A program made the translations under genes and the position numbers. From positions 362,886,001 through 362,950,000 of the forward strand of contig OZ024740.1 in the NCBI GenBank assembly GCA_964016885.1: DNA of 64,000 nucleotides, given 5' to 3'. Under the pieces are notes generated by a model. That model did not search any database and was not told where the DNA came from. It worked only from the letters and a program-made list of their open reading frames with translations. The stretch comes from Eledone cirrhosa (taxonomy: Eukaryota). Positions 14,285-27,947 of the stretch are shown one piece after another (position 1 is the first letter of the stretch; each line of letters opens with the position of its first letter).

Positions 14285-14980
14285 TCTTATCTCTTTCTCT
14301 TAATTTCGAGTATATTTTTTGACCGGCCACCTTCCTGGTGGCAAGGTTGTAAAAGAAAAGAAATTGTCATCCCTTGAATCACAAGAATGTTTTGCAAATT
14401 TTGAAGGTGCCAGCTATCGCAGCCATTTGTAGACTATGAATTAGGGAGCTGCGCTTTTTGTCCACAAATCCAAGTTCAGTCATACTTTGGTCCCAGCGGG
14501 CTGGTATATAACCCGTAGCTCTGATGATGATGGGTATGAAGCTAAAGTTGTATCTTGGATACTGGATTTGTAAACTCCTCATCAATGGTCTGTAGATGTC
14601 CTCCTTCTCCTGTATTTTTCTGACAACGTTTACACAAGTGGGCAGCTGATCTCCACAACAGAACACGTTTTCAATGTGTGGTCCCAAACAACAATATCAG
14701 GCCGGTTGTGCTTTAATTTGGTGGCAGTTTTTATTTTCAGGTTCCACCAGTATTCCTTAGTGCCATCTGTCTCAATATATTCTTCCTCATTTGTTGTTAA
14801 TTTTGTTTTCCGAAGTGCGTTCCAGATGGTTCTAGGTATCCCATCGTGTCTCATGGGGAGGTAGTAGCGAGATGACATTCTTTCGCAGCTGGCAACAATG
14901 TGGCTTACATCCTCGATCTTTGTTTTACATAGCCTACATTTATTGTCAGCTGCTGGCCCTCCTCTTTTGTGCAGCAGATA
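14285..14980 (-). mobile_element. R4/Dong-clade non-LTR retrotransposon 3' end (CCHC knuckle + restriction-like endonuclease)
   Basis: CRLCKTKIEDVSHIVASC, RHD, HNRPDIVVWD, EISCP, EKEDIY, IPIII..GYIP; short 3' UTR joined to (ATAC)n. Confidence 0.85.
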
Positions 14981-15289
14981 TATGTATGTATGTATGTATG
15001 CAGACCAGTTCTTCTTTTTGGGAAATGCATTCGATGTTCAGAGAGTGGGATTGGTCCCGTGCAAAGCCTTTCCTCACTTAAAAAACTTCAAGTACAGGCA
15101 TCGTTTAATATGTGACACATTCATGATGCATGGTATTTCTAGCCATAGGCAAGTTCCTAGCAGGACTAAAAAGCCACCTCCGTGATGTTCATGCTTAAGT
15201 ATCAAATGATGGCATTACTCGAAATCGATTTGCAGCCATCATGTATGCATGTGTGTAGGCATGTATGTATGTATACATGTATGTATGTA

Positions 15290-15530
15290 TGTGGGAGAAA
15301 ATGGCTGAGGAACGTGTGAATTGTAGACGCTTGATCAAATCAGGAGGTGAACACTTTGAAACTCGTCGAAGAGAATACCTAACACTGAAAAGGAAGGTAA
15401 GGAAAAAAGATTATTCTGAACTGCCTGCTGTTGAACATCATCTTTTTTGCCAGCACTGTGGTCGAATCTGCCTGAGCAAATCTGGTTTGACTAGACACGA
15501 ACAAAGTCATATCAGCAGACCTCATGTAGA
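15290..15530 (+). pseudogene. RTE-clade LINE ORF C-terminus
   Basis: WEKMAEERVNCRRLIKSGGEHFETRR..KRKVRK..CQHCGRICLSKSGLTRH. Confidence 0.75.
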
Positions 15531-15859
15531 TACAGTGTATAACAAGACTGACCATTTGAATTACAGGAATAATTCATATTTGCCAACAGACTGCAGTGAA
15601 GCAAGCCGAAATAAAGTGTCTTGCTCAAGGACAACATAAGGGCGGGAATGTAACTAACAACCTTTCGGTCGTAAACCGAACAAGTTAACCAGTAAGCCAC
15701 CAATACTGAAATCAAATTAACATTCATTAGTAGATTAAATAGTAGAGTGGGATAATATTGGGAGGACTCAAACGACATGCAAAAGTAGCTGAAATCCAAC
15801 CACAGCCGGCTATAGGGACATATTCTTCATTGACCATACCTAAATGTGGAATGGTACGC

Positions 15860-16490
15860 GATGCCCCCCACCCCCCCACGCCATACAGCCCCGGCGGACA
15901 GGATGGAGAAGGCGTTTCCCCGGAGGACGGCAAGGGAGATGCGCTGGAACAGCCACTCCAACTCGCGAGGCTCACACCTGCGGCTGGCCAGCTCAGCGCC
16001 TATGGTGGTGAGTAGGGAAGTAGCCCTAGGGCCGAGGACAGCAGAAGTCTCCACTGTCAGGGGTACAACCGCAAACCTGTCGGAGAGCGACCGGTATTTG
16101 AGGAGTTTAGCCTCCTCAGCCCGACGTGCAGCAGAACCTGGGTTAGTCGCAGACTGCACCAGGTTGTGGCTACAGAAAGTATCGGTGCAAGTGGCATCTC
16201 AGACGAGGGGTTTGCTACCGCGGAACGGGAAGATGTTCATGCCATCTGGCCTTTCACCAACCCCTCGGTCCAACCCCACCGGCTCGAGTTGTGTAGGGAA
16301 GCCTGCAGCGTCCAAGCCATGCTTTATGACCTCGTTGAGGGCAGTATGGCGTGGAATGCGGCCGGCACTGTGGCGACAGGAAAGCGGGTGGAGGTCGAAA
16401 GAGTCCACGGTGGATCCGCAGCGACATTGGTATGGCTGGCAGATCCGGAGGCCGAGCCTCAAGGAAACGCCAATGCGATCTGAAAAGGTG
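15860..16490 (-). pseudogene. CRE-clade non-LTR retrotransposon C-terminus (zinc knuckle + restriction-like endonuclease)
   Basis: RLGL..CRCG..H.LSC..RH..LN, RPDG, DATCTDT, AARRAEEAKLLKY, PLTVET..LG, QRISLAVLRGNA; GC-rich; in-frame TGA at the expected W of WD. Confidence 0.85.
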
Positions 16491-16716
16491 TAAGGAATGT
16501 GGCAAGGAATGTGCTAGCATGGGAGGTCTTAAAAGACACATGAGAACACACAGCCACAACAAAGCAATGGAAGGCCCCAGAGGAGCCGACAGTTGCCATG
16601 TATGTGCCAGAGCGTGTAAGTCTTTGGCTGGTTTAAAGAGGGTCACATTCGTGTTTCACACTTTTGAGCATTTTATCGGGTGATGGCAATGCTCGAACAC
16701 GAGTTTGCAGCCACCA
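16485..16716 (+). mobile_element. RTE-like LINE 3' terminus with C2H2 fingers and terminal hairpin
   Basis: CKECGKECASMGGLKRHMRTH and CHVCARACKSLAGLK, then GATGGC..CTCG-aaca-CGAG..GCCACC-ATGTATG. Confidence 0.65.
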
Positions 16717-16766
16717 TGTATGCATATATATATATATATATATGTGTATGCATGTATGCATGTATG

Positions 16767-16819
<53 letters not shown>

Positions 16820-16834
16820 TGTATGTGTGTGTGT

Positions 16835-16907
<73 letters not shown>

Positions 16908-17363
16908 AAACGTAACTCTTCTTACTCTAATTGATATTTGTTCTAATTACAAACAGAGTTTGTTGCTTTACCAAGTTAAATTAAATTATGTGCTTACATA
17001 ATCGATTAAGTTGTTTATTTATTTTCTATGTTTTATATTTATTAACTCATTCAGTTTTGGTTAAAATATTTAACAAATTCCGAGTAAAAATTTGGTAAAA
17101 CATTAATTATACTTTCTGCTTATTGCAACATACGCAAATTAAAACTGTTAAAAAATAATTCAGCGTATCAACTTTTTTCCTCACAAATATACTCTTATTT
17201 ATGTCTAAGATTTAATTCTGTCGAGACAAAAAGCTTTTAGTAGTTCTGTCGGTAAATTCTATATGTACTGACTGTGATAATCACCTGCAATTCTTGCAGT
17301 TTGAATTTTTTTTCTTGCATCATTTCTAAAATATAAATAAAAAGATTTTTAAAACAAATATGA

Positions 17364-17418
<55 letters not shown>

Positions 17419-17521
17419 TGTATGTGTGTGTGTATATGTGTGTGTGTATATGTGTGTGTGTATGTATATGTGTGTGTGTATATATGTATATAGTGTATAT
17501 ATATATGTATATATATATATA

Positions 17522-17554
<33 letters not shown>

Positions 17555-17560
<6 letters not shown>

Positions 17561-17940
17561 GTGAGGGTTTTTACAAAATGAAAAATAACCGATGTGTCCT
17601 ACACGAGTGAAAGTATAAAGAAAAAAAGATGAAATCGAAAATGCAACTGGAGTCTTATTTTCTTTTTAAAATATATATATTTATTTGGTTCCTTTACCGG
17701 TTTCGCAGTTCTTCTGCTTTTCAAAAGTAGAGTTGAGATGGAGGGTCTGTGGTTTTTCTCACATCTGTGATGGAGGGTCTGTGGTTTTTCTCACATCTGT
17801 GAGAAAAACCACAGACCCTCCATCTCAACTCTACTTTTGAAAAGCAGAAGAACTGCGAAACCGGTAAAGGAACCAAATAAATATATATATTTTAAAAAGA
17901 AAATAAGACTCCAGTTGCATTTTCGATTTCATCTTTTTTT

Positions 17941-17946
<6 letters not shown>
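17555..17946. mobile_element. Palindromic PLE-type pLTR insertion in (TA)n
   Basis: About 17613-17762 mirrors about 17799-17946, with a short duplication at the centre. Same family as 53764-54172; one hammerhead per arm. Confidence 0.85.
17834..17869 (+). ncRNA. Minimal hammerhead (U3-A8 variant); mirror copy at 17692-17727 on the minus strand
   Basis: CTT-TTGAAAA-GCAG-aagaa-CTGC-GAAA-CCGG-TA-AAG. Confidence 0.7.
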
Positions 17947-18000
<54 letters not shown>

Positions 18001-18005
<5 letters not shown>

Positions 18006-18697
18006 TTAGTTAAGCAAAATAAGACCACAAAATTCACAAGGAGGACATTATTAAAAGATTGTCAACATATTTTAGTTCGATGTAAGGAATGTAGAGAATA
18101 ATAATAATAATATTAATAATAATAATGTCCGTTTACAATTGTTTCGCTACTCCATATAATATTTCTGGATAAGATGACTATATAACATAATTGATCTGGT
18201 TCAGTTGAAAATAATTATCATATTTAAAAACAGAGCGGCTCATCGGAACTTCAAAGGAATATAAATTAAAATAAGGAGAGAATGTTACATAATATAATGT
18301 TCCATATATTGGTATTTCACTATGGTGTCCTGGTTGTATCAGTTGTCAGCCATAATCAAGCAGTATTCATCTGTCGAGGGTGCATTGTGTGAGATCTGCC
18401 TATGGGTAACAAGATTGTTACCCATAGGCAGATCTCACACAATGCAACCTCGACAGATGAATACTGCTTGATTATGGCTGACAAATGATACAACTGAACC
18501 AGATCAATTATGATATATAGTCAGCTGATCCAGAAATATTATATGGAGTAGCGAAACAATTGTAAACGGACATTATTATTATTAATATTATTATTATTAT
18601 TCTCTACATTCCTTACATCAAACTAAAATATGTTGACAACCTTTTAATAATGTCTTCCTTGTGAAATTTGTGGTCTTGTTTTACTTAACTAATGAAT
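18001..18697. repeat. ~700-bp imperfect palindrome next to (TA)n, probably a PLE-type fold-back insert
   Basis: 18001-18207 mirrors 18491-18697 and 18332-18412 mirrors 18415-18494; contains the hammerhead-like 3' half GAAAC-AATT-GTA. Confidence 0.75.
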
Positions 18698-18875
18698 ATT
18701 TCCAGCTCTGCGCACCTAACTTCTGCATGAACCCAGCCACCTAGCTGCTTTCTACTGCATATTGCACATTGTGCACATTCCTTTACGCTTTGGCTTCTAA
18801 CTAATTCACCAATCTCTCCTCTCATATCTCCTCTCCTATCTCCATCTCTCTCTTTAAGATTGGTTACTCTTGAAC

Positions 18876-18969
<94 letters not shown>

Positions 18970-19027
18970 TATACATATATATATATACATATATATATAT
19001 AGTCAGCGATATTCACGCCAATGTTCC

Positions 19028-19087
<60 letters not shown>

Positions 19088-19287
19088 TAAATAAAAAAAT
19101 AGGAGGCTGGACTGGTGTAAATCCTTGAAAAGTTTATTATACTATGATCATTTCAATGACCGAGTTCCGGATGATATCATCAGGTATTCGAAATATAACA
19201 AAGGAATATATAAAATCCATGGGTCCGAAATCAGAGACAGAGAGGACGACTGACCAACTAACTGCTTTCACCTCGGTCAGTCGCCCC

Positions 19288-19338
<51 letters not shown>

Positions 19339-19476
19339 CCCTTCCATATAATGTACCAATTGTGTTGTTATTTCTGTTTACATTTTACATATATATATGT
19401 ATATGAAGGAACGTTGGCGTGAATATGGCTGACTATATATATGTATGTATATATATATGTGCGCGCGCGCACACAG

Positions 19477-19521
<45 letters not shown>

Positions 19522-19752
19522 CAATGTATATAATATATATATGATTTTATCATTTATTTTGTTTGACTTGTTTAGCTTGACTTGTTTTTTGGCTTAGGTG
19601 GTTAATGCCTTCTTCACAATTTTTTCAGTTTGTATGGCGTTTTAACATATATGTTTAGCTCTGGTTTTTTAACTATAGAACGATTGCCAGCATAACTCTG
19701 ATTTTGCGTTTCGTTTCGCTTTTTCTACCTGCCGAAATTCGATTCTCGCTGA

Positions 19753-19799
<47 letters not shown>

Positions 19800-19803
<4 letters not shown>

Positions 19804-19995
19804 AACGTTGGCGTTAATATGGCTGACTAAAAGCATACGTGCTTTTCTAAAAAAAAAAATGTTTTTCCGCTACTTCTCACTCTCCTCTATTTTCCTATTT
19901 ATTTACTTTTATTTTTCATTGTATCTTCTGATGAAGGATTAGCGTCCGAAAGGTTAAGACACTTTTCCTGCGATATCACGCGTTTAACTAATCTA
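19800..19995 (+). mobile_element. pLTR-like repeat with degenerate hammerhead (19924-19960)
   Basis: TCTT-CTGATGA-aGGA-ttagcg-TCC-GAAAgGTTA-AGA; homologous inverted copy at 24005-24177. Confidence 0.6.
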
Positions 19996-21099
19996 TATAG
20001 GAAACAATAGACGTCATTGACGCGAGTTTAAAGTTTGTAAAGATTAATTGTTTCTACATTTGGCACAAGGCCAGCAATTACTCAGTGCATTACTGGTACT
20101 TTATTTTATCGACCCCGTAAGGATGAAAAGCAAAGTGAACCTCGGCGGGATTTGCAGACCGTAGAGGGACGAAACTATGGTGGAAAGCATGGCGTCCGAC
20201 TCTCTACCGATACTGCCAATCCACCGCTTGTAGAGTTTGTAAAGATTAATGATGAAATAACATTAGTAACAGATTAGACACTATTATAAATATGTGTAAT
20301 AACTTATGTTATCCTTTGTTGTTAGACCGCTGTTAATTCTGAAGGCAAGTTTACCAATTGTCCGAACAATTAAACAGCCAGCTCGAAATTAACGTACAAG
20401 TGGCTGAGCATTGCACAGACACGTACACACTTAATGTAATTCTCGGGGAAATTCAGCATGTGTGTGACAAGGCTGATACTTTGAATTACAGGAACAACAC
20501 AATTTTACCGGCTTAGTGGAATGGGCACAACATGCCTCCAGGAATCGAACTCAATCGAACTGTACTAGAGATCTTAAAATCATGAACCACACACTCTTAC
20601 CACTAAACCACGCACCTTCACATATTATAGTTATTGTGTGTAGGTTTACGTTTGATCTCAGAACACAAGGCATCACGCCCAACGCTCTAACAATTTTACC
20701 AATTAATTTCCTCTGCCATGGACTGGGACTTTACTTTATTGAATCCGAAGGGAAAGTTATCCTCACAGGGATTAGCGGGAATAAACGTCACAATATATCC
20801 TCTATGACGCTCTAACGGCTCTACTAATTCGCCATCTTTATCCCTCCATTATCCTAGAATACATATGTATGCGTCTTTAATTCCTGATGGAACCGGCGTG
20901 TTTGGGGTATTCAAACCTGGTGGAGCAGGCTCTTTTCCTGTCTAAACACAGAGAAGGAGAGAGAGAAAGTAAGAAAAAAATAAAAAGGAAGAATAGAGTC
21001 ATTACTGCACTGGTACATTATTTATCGACCTCGAAACGATCAAAGGCAAAGTAGTAGAGGCTTAGTATTTCTTCAGAGAAAGTATTTTCTGACACTGGA

Positions 21100-21720
21100 G
21101 ATGGAAACCATTGTTTGTGTTGTAATCGCTGCTATGTTGAGGATGTGTGTTTGCCAGGAGAGATCCTCAGTGATGGCGGGCTTCAGCATTTGTAGAGGAT
21201 TCTAAAGTTCCATTTCAGCACTGTCCATTATATGATGCAATGATGTGGTGCAATATTGGTTTCTTGACATGTACAGCGTTTGTATCTGTGTACTGTTAAA
21301 AGACCAAAGATAGGAAGGATCCGAATGAATTGCTTTCGACGTGTCTGTTCATGTAGTCATTGTAGGTTTGTCGATGACACATGAATGGGGGTGGCATAAA
21401 CTGCGTGGGAATGACATGTATAAGAGAAAGAGTTTAGGGAAAACCCTAACTTTGGGGTACATCAAGTTGACAGAATGTGTCAGAGAGAGTACCATCAGCA
21501 CACATGGAGATGGCACGATTTGACAGGAAGCCACCAATCCGAGACGAGTGACAGATGGAACCTATAAGCAGGCAGTTGGCCTGGAGATGTGCGTGCCAGA
21601 CAAAGTGAAAAACATTGCTGATGCCAAGGGTAACAACAATATTTTCTTCAAAGGTCTAAACGATGAGAGCCCACTAGCGAATAACGTAAGGGTGTAGGTG
21701 ATGTGCTAGAGTAATATACA
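21100..21720 (-). pseudogene. Highly decayed CR1/Jockey-type RT fragment
   Basis: Minus strand ..VTLGISNVFHFVWH.. (LDISKAFDxVWH-like) followed by a VPQ/PKLFLLY-like segment. Confidence 0.5.
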
Positions 21721-21964
21721 CTTGTCTCGTTAAGTACATGCAACACATTGCATCACCTATATAACATTCCATTGGGTCCCGCACCTTCAAAGACCGGCTT
21801 TGGTCGAGCCACCTAGGAATTTCCATTTACCAACAAGTTGTCCCTTAATGAAGGTCAATACAGGTTTCAATCGTCTCTTTTTAAATGGAATTCGATTAAA
21901 ATCTAATCAATACTTGAGAGAATTTAGATAATTTCCACTAAATTAGCTGAAAATATCTATAGCT

Positions 21965-22265
21965 ATATTTTCTTGCCAAGTTGACTATCAGTGTCACATG
22001 ATTAATGTCACATGACACAAAACACTGCATTTTACCGCCAAATCGATTATCGGTGTCACACGATCAATATCACATGACAAGAAAACTTGCATTTTACCAA
22101 CGAGATGATTATTTGAGTAATGCAGAATGACAAGAAATTTTGCCTTTTCCGCCTAGATGATTATCAGTATCCCAGTATCACATGATCAATGTCGCATGAC
22201 ATGAAACTGTATTTTACCGTGCTTGTACCGTTGATTTTCGGTGTCATCTGATCAATGTCAGTTGA
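21965..22265 (+). repeat. Degenerate ~60-bp tandem repeat, about 5 copies
   Basis: TTTTACC..GATTATC.GTGTCACA.GATCAAT.TCACATGAC units. Confidence 0.75.
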
Positions 22266-22447
22266 CCTCAGTCATTTCAGCCTTCCATCTTCTTTATAAG
22301 AACATCTCTATATTCACAGCGCCTGTTGAGTTATTCAGGCTCTCAGCTTTGAATAACAAATAATTTTACACTCTATTCAACAGTATTCAACAGTATATGT
22401 TTCACTTAATTAGATGTATATACATACATACACACACGCGCACACAC

Positions 22448-22479
<32 letters not shown>

Positions 22480-22599
22480 CATTGTATAAAGTAACAGGAG
22501 GCCGGAATGACCAGCTCTATCCAGTGGTGAACCAGCAACCTCAATGCAAACACACACAAACAGAAACACACAAACAGAAACACACAGACACACAAACAT

Positions 22600-22632
<33 letters not shown>

Positions 22633-22639
22633 ACTCGAA

Positions 22640-23731
<1,092 letters not shown>

Positions 23732-24004
23732 TTATATAGATACATATACGTATGATCGCTGCAACCTGACTTCGAGCAATGCCATCGCTTGGCGATCAAT
23801 CATGAGCATCAGAGATTGGCCCTTCAGTCCCGCCAAGAACCTACCAATGGCCAGCAATGCCATGCATCGCATAAAAATGTCGGATATCAAGCGATGCCTG
23901 TGCTTGACCATTTTTTAAGTGAGGAAAGGCTTTGCACGAGATCAATCCCCCTATCTGAACATCGAATGCTCATATATATATACAAACATATGCACACACC
24001 AATA

Positions 24005-24175
24005 TATTAGATTAACGCTTAAAATAATAGGAAAAGAGTCTTAACACTTCGGACATTAGTCTTTCATCAGAAGATAAAATGAGAAATAAAAGATGAAACA
24101 GAAAGATAGAGAGTGAACAGAGGAAGGAACGAAACAATATTGGAGAAATAGATATACGTGCATATTCAGTCAGGC

Positions 24176-24177
<2 letters not shown>
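24005..24177 (-). mobile_element. pLTR-like repeat with degenerate hammerhead (same family as 19800)
   Basis: Minus strand TATCTTCTGATGAAAGACTAATGTCCGAAGTGTTAAGAC. Confidence 0.55.
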
Positions 24178-24214
<37 letters not shown>

Positions 24215-24352
24215 GGGTGTGGTGGGTGTGGGGTGGGGTGGGGTGGGGGGTTCCGTATCTGTGTATGTGTATCTGAGTCTCTGTGTGTGCGTGTGTGTGT
24301 ACGTTCTTACATCACATTGTCATTCAACATTCCTGTATCGAGAAATAAAGTA

Positions 24353-24419
<67 letters not shown>

Positions 24420-24745
24420 CCCCCTCTTTCTCTCTCTGTTTCCCAGAATCAGCTACCCTGTTCCAGAAGAAACACCAAGGGAGACAACTAGCTTTTCTTG
24501 CATCAGAAACACGAGTAATGTCTTTTTATAGACGATATCAATGCATCTTTCCAGTAACAGACCATGTGCAGTACAGCACGTAACCGTAAAATAAATAATA
24601 GTAGCATATCATATACATACATGCATGCATACTACATACACACACAGTCACACACACACGCACACACATACACACACTCACACACACACACACACACACA
24701 TATAAATATATATATACAATGTATATAATATATATATATATATAC

Positions 24746-24784
<39 letters not shown>

Positions 24785-24794
24785 TACATACATA

Positions 24795-24826
<32 letters not shown>

Positions 24827-24829
24827 ACG

Positions 24830-24897
<68 letters not shown>

Positions 24898-25070
24898 CAT
24901 ATACATGTGTGTGTGTATGCGTATATATATATATATATATGTATATGTGTGTGTGTTTGCGTATGCATTAATATCTTAATATGCATACATTGATATAAAT
25001 ACATACACACACACACATATATGTAAATACATACACACACACACATATATGTAAATATATATACATACAT

Positions 25071-25118
<48 letters not shown>

Positions 25119-25457
25119 ACCAGTAATAAAAGATGAAGAGGTCGAACAATAGAGTAATAGCAGAATTGGAGATAGAGATACTGGCTGAAGTAAACGTTTG
25201 CGCCCGTATATTGTATTATCATTGAAAGGAAAAAAATAAAATAACTTCAGGCATAAAATGTGGTTCAACATATGAGGGACTTCTCTCAACAGGATGAATT
25301 ATTTACTATATTTATGTAAAAGATATGCATTAATAATGACAGGCCGTTTGTCAGTTTAGCATTTAGTTTATCGCTCGCTAGAGATTATCGAACAAAGCAT
25401 CCCCACTATGTATCATAACTGTCCTCAGTCCGCTAGAAATTAATTGTTTTTACTGCT

Positions 25458-25977
<520 letters not shown>

Positions 25978-26089
25978 TACATACGCATTTATAGTATTGG
26001 ATTGCGTCCTTTACAATGTCGACTATTGACAGACACAGACATAGGCAGAGACAAACACACACGCGCGCACATATTGTGTGTGTGTGTGT

Positions 26090-26127
<38 letters not shown>

Positions 26128-26136
26128 GGACAGTCA

Positions 26137-26309
<173 letters not shown>

Positions 26310-26555
26310 CAACATACTTGTGTAGTTGAAGAATTCGTTTCACAATGATTGCCTGTTGGTTCAAATCCGCCAAAGCAGAGTGTGTATATTAAGAATAACA
26401 TAGTTTCACATTAATATTTTTATTGTTAAAAACCAGTTAACAAGTCTGATTAGCAGATGATTTTGGAAATGTGTCTGTAATATGAAAACATGAAATTTTG
26501 AGTCAATCATCTTTGAAACGTTCGAAACTGGTTTAATGAATGAAAACATTCATTT

Positions 26556-26690
<135 letters not shown>

Positions 26691-26778
26691 TTATATACAT
26701 ATATATATAAGTATTGAAGTTTCCGTTGAAAATTGAAAAAGTCAATGAAGAGTGCTCTATGCAAGTTACAGAGCTAAA

Positions 26779-26920
26779 TATTTAATGTATAATAAATAAT
26801 ACAGTATAATTACCTCATTACCAGAGGTTTCACGTCAGGACGAACGAATGAGGACGTGTCTTGTTCGGGAAACCTCGGGTAATGAGGTAATTATACTGTA
26901 TTGTTTATTATACATTAAAT
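26779..26920. repeat. Short palindrome with hammerhead-like 3' halves
   Basis: Arms at about 26779-26832 and 26869-26920, each with GAAAC-ctc.g-GTA-ATGAGG; the CTGANGA core is not intact. Confidence 0.6.
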
Positions 26921-27335
26921 ACATATATATATATAAAATAGGAAAGAAAGCGAGTAAGTTTCGTTTATATATAAAATAAATTTATGGTGGATCTTGTGTA
27001 ACTGATTTTCTAAGTGAGTCATACACATAGTAAATGGGACATTGCTAATTTATTGAAGATTCTACAAAATATCTCATTTTTCTGACTTTATTTATTTGAC
27101 CATGATATGGAAAGGACCTCCATCATTTTTGACGAGATGTGTTCCAGTTGTTCGATTAACACAAAGTCTGCAGGTAAAATTAATGTGTACGTGGCTGTGC
27201 TTCCCATAGACACATAACGTACTCCTCACGAAGTTTCAGCATGATTCAGTGTGTGTGGAGGTGTGTGTGGGTGACAATGCCTGCCAATTTGAAATTACAG
27301 GCACAATCCAGCCCACAGACTTCCAAAAAAATTTC

Positions 27336-27413
27336 TGTCTACCCAATTTCCACTCACGAAGCTTGGACTAACTTCGGGGTAGTCCAAGCCTCGTGAGTGG
27401 AAATTGGGTAGAC
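27336..27413. repeat. Short hairpin made of SINE-like sequence
   Basis: TGTCTACCCAATTTCCACTCACGA.GCTTGGACTA / TAGTCCAAGC.TCGTGAGTGGAAATTGGGTAGACA. Confidence 0.8.
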
Positions 27414-27862
27414 ATAAGTTGCCAATGTTAAGCAGTGGGATCGAACATTAGATCCAATGATTACAAAGTGTGCTTCTAAAAATATTCTGCTATGCTTCGT
27501 CAACCGAAGGTTTTAACTATTCTGCTCCACTTTGAAGATAGAAAATAAGATGAAAGATAAAGGTGTTTGGAGTGGAAAGCTGTTAAGAACTGTACTAGAT
27601 ATCAAATAGATGGAAATCATCGTTGGTGGTACTCTCTGCCATGTATCACATTCATGCTTGACATCGTCTAATGGAATGCCTAAGTAGGCATCATCTTGTG
27701 AATATTATTTATGACAAATATACAACTTATGAACCTTAATCTATCTTAGAAATATATTTGTCTTGCCTATCAAACAGAAAAGATCTCAGAATAATATTTC
27801 AAATGTCATTAATTGACATTATACAAATATGCTACTGTAACTCTCCCCTACTCTCTCTCTCT

Positions 27863-27947
<85 letters not shown>

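Noticed and set aside
21965-22265. Regularly spaced repeats resembling a CRISPR array
   Set aside because: Degenerate tandem units without unique spacers, in eukaryotic context with no cas genes.
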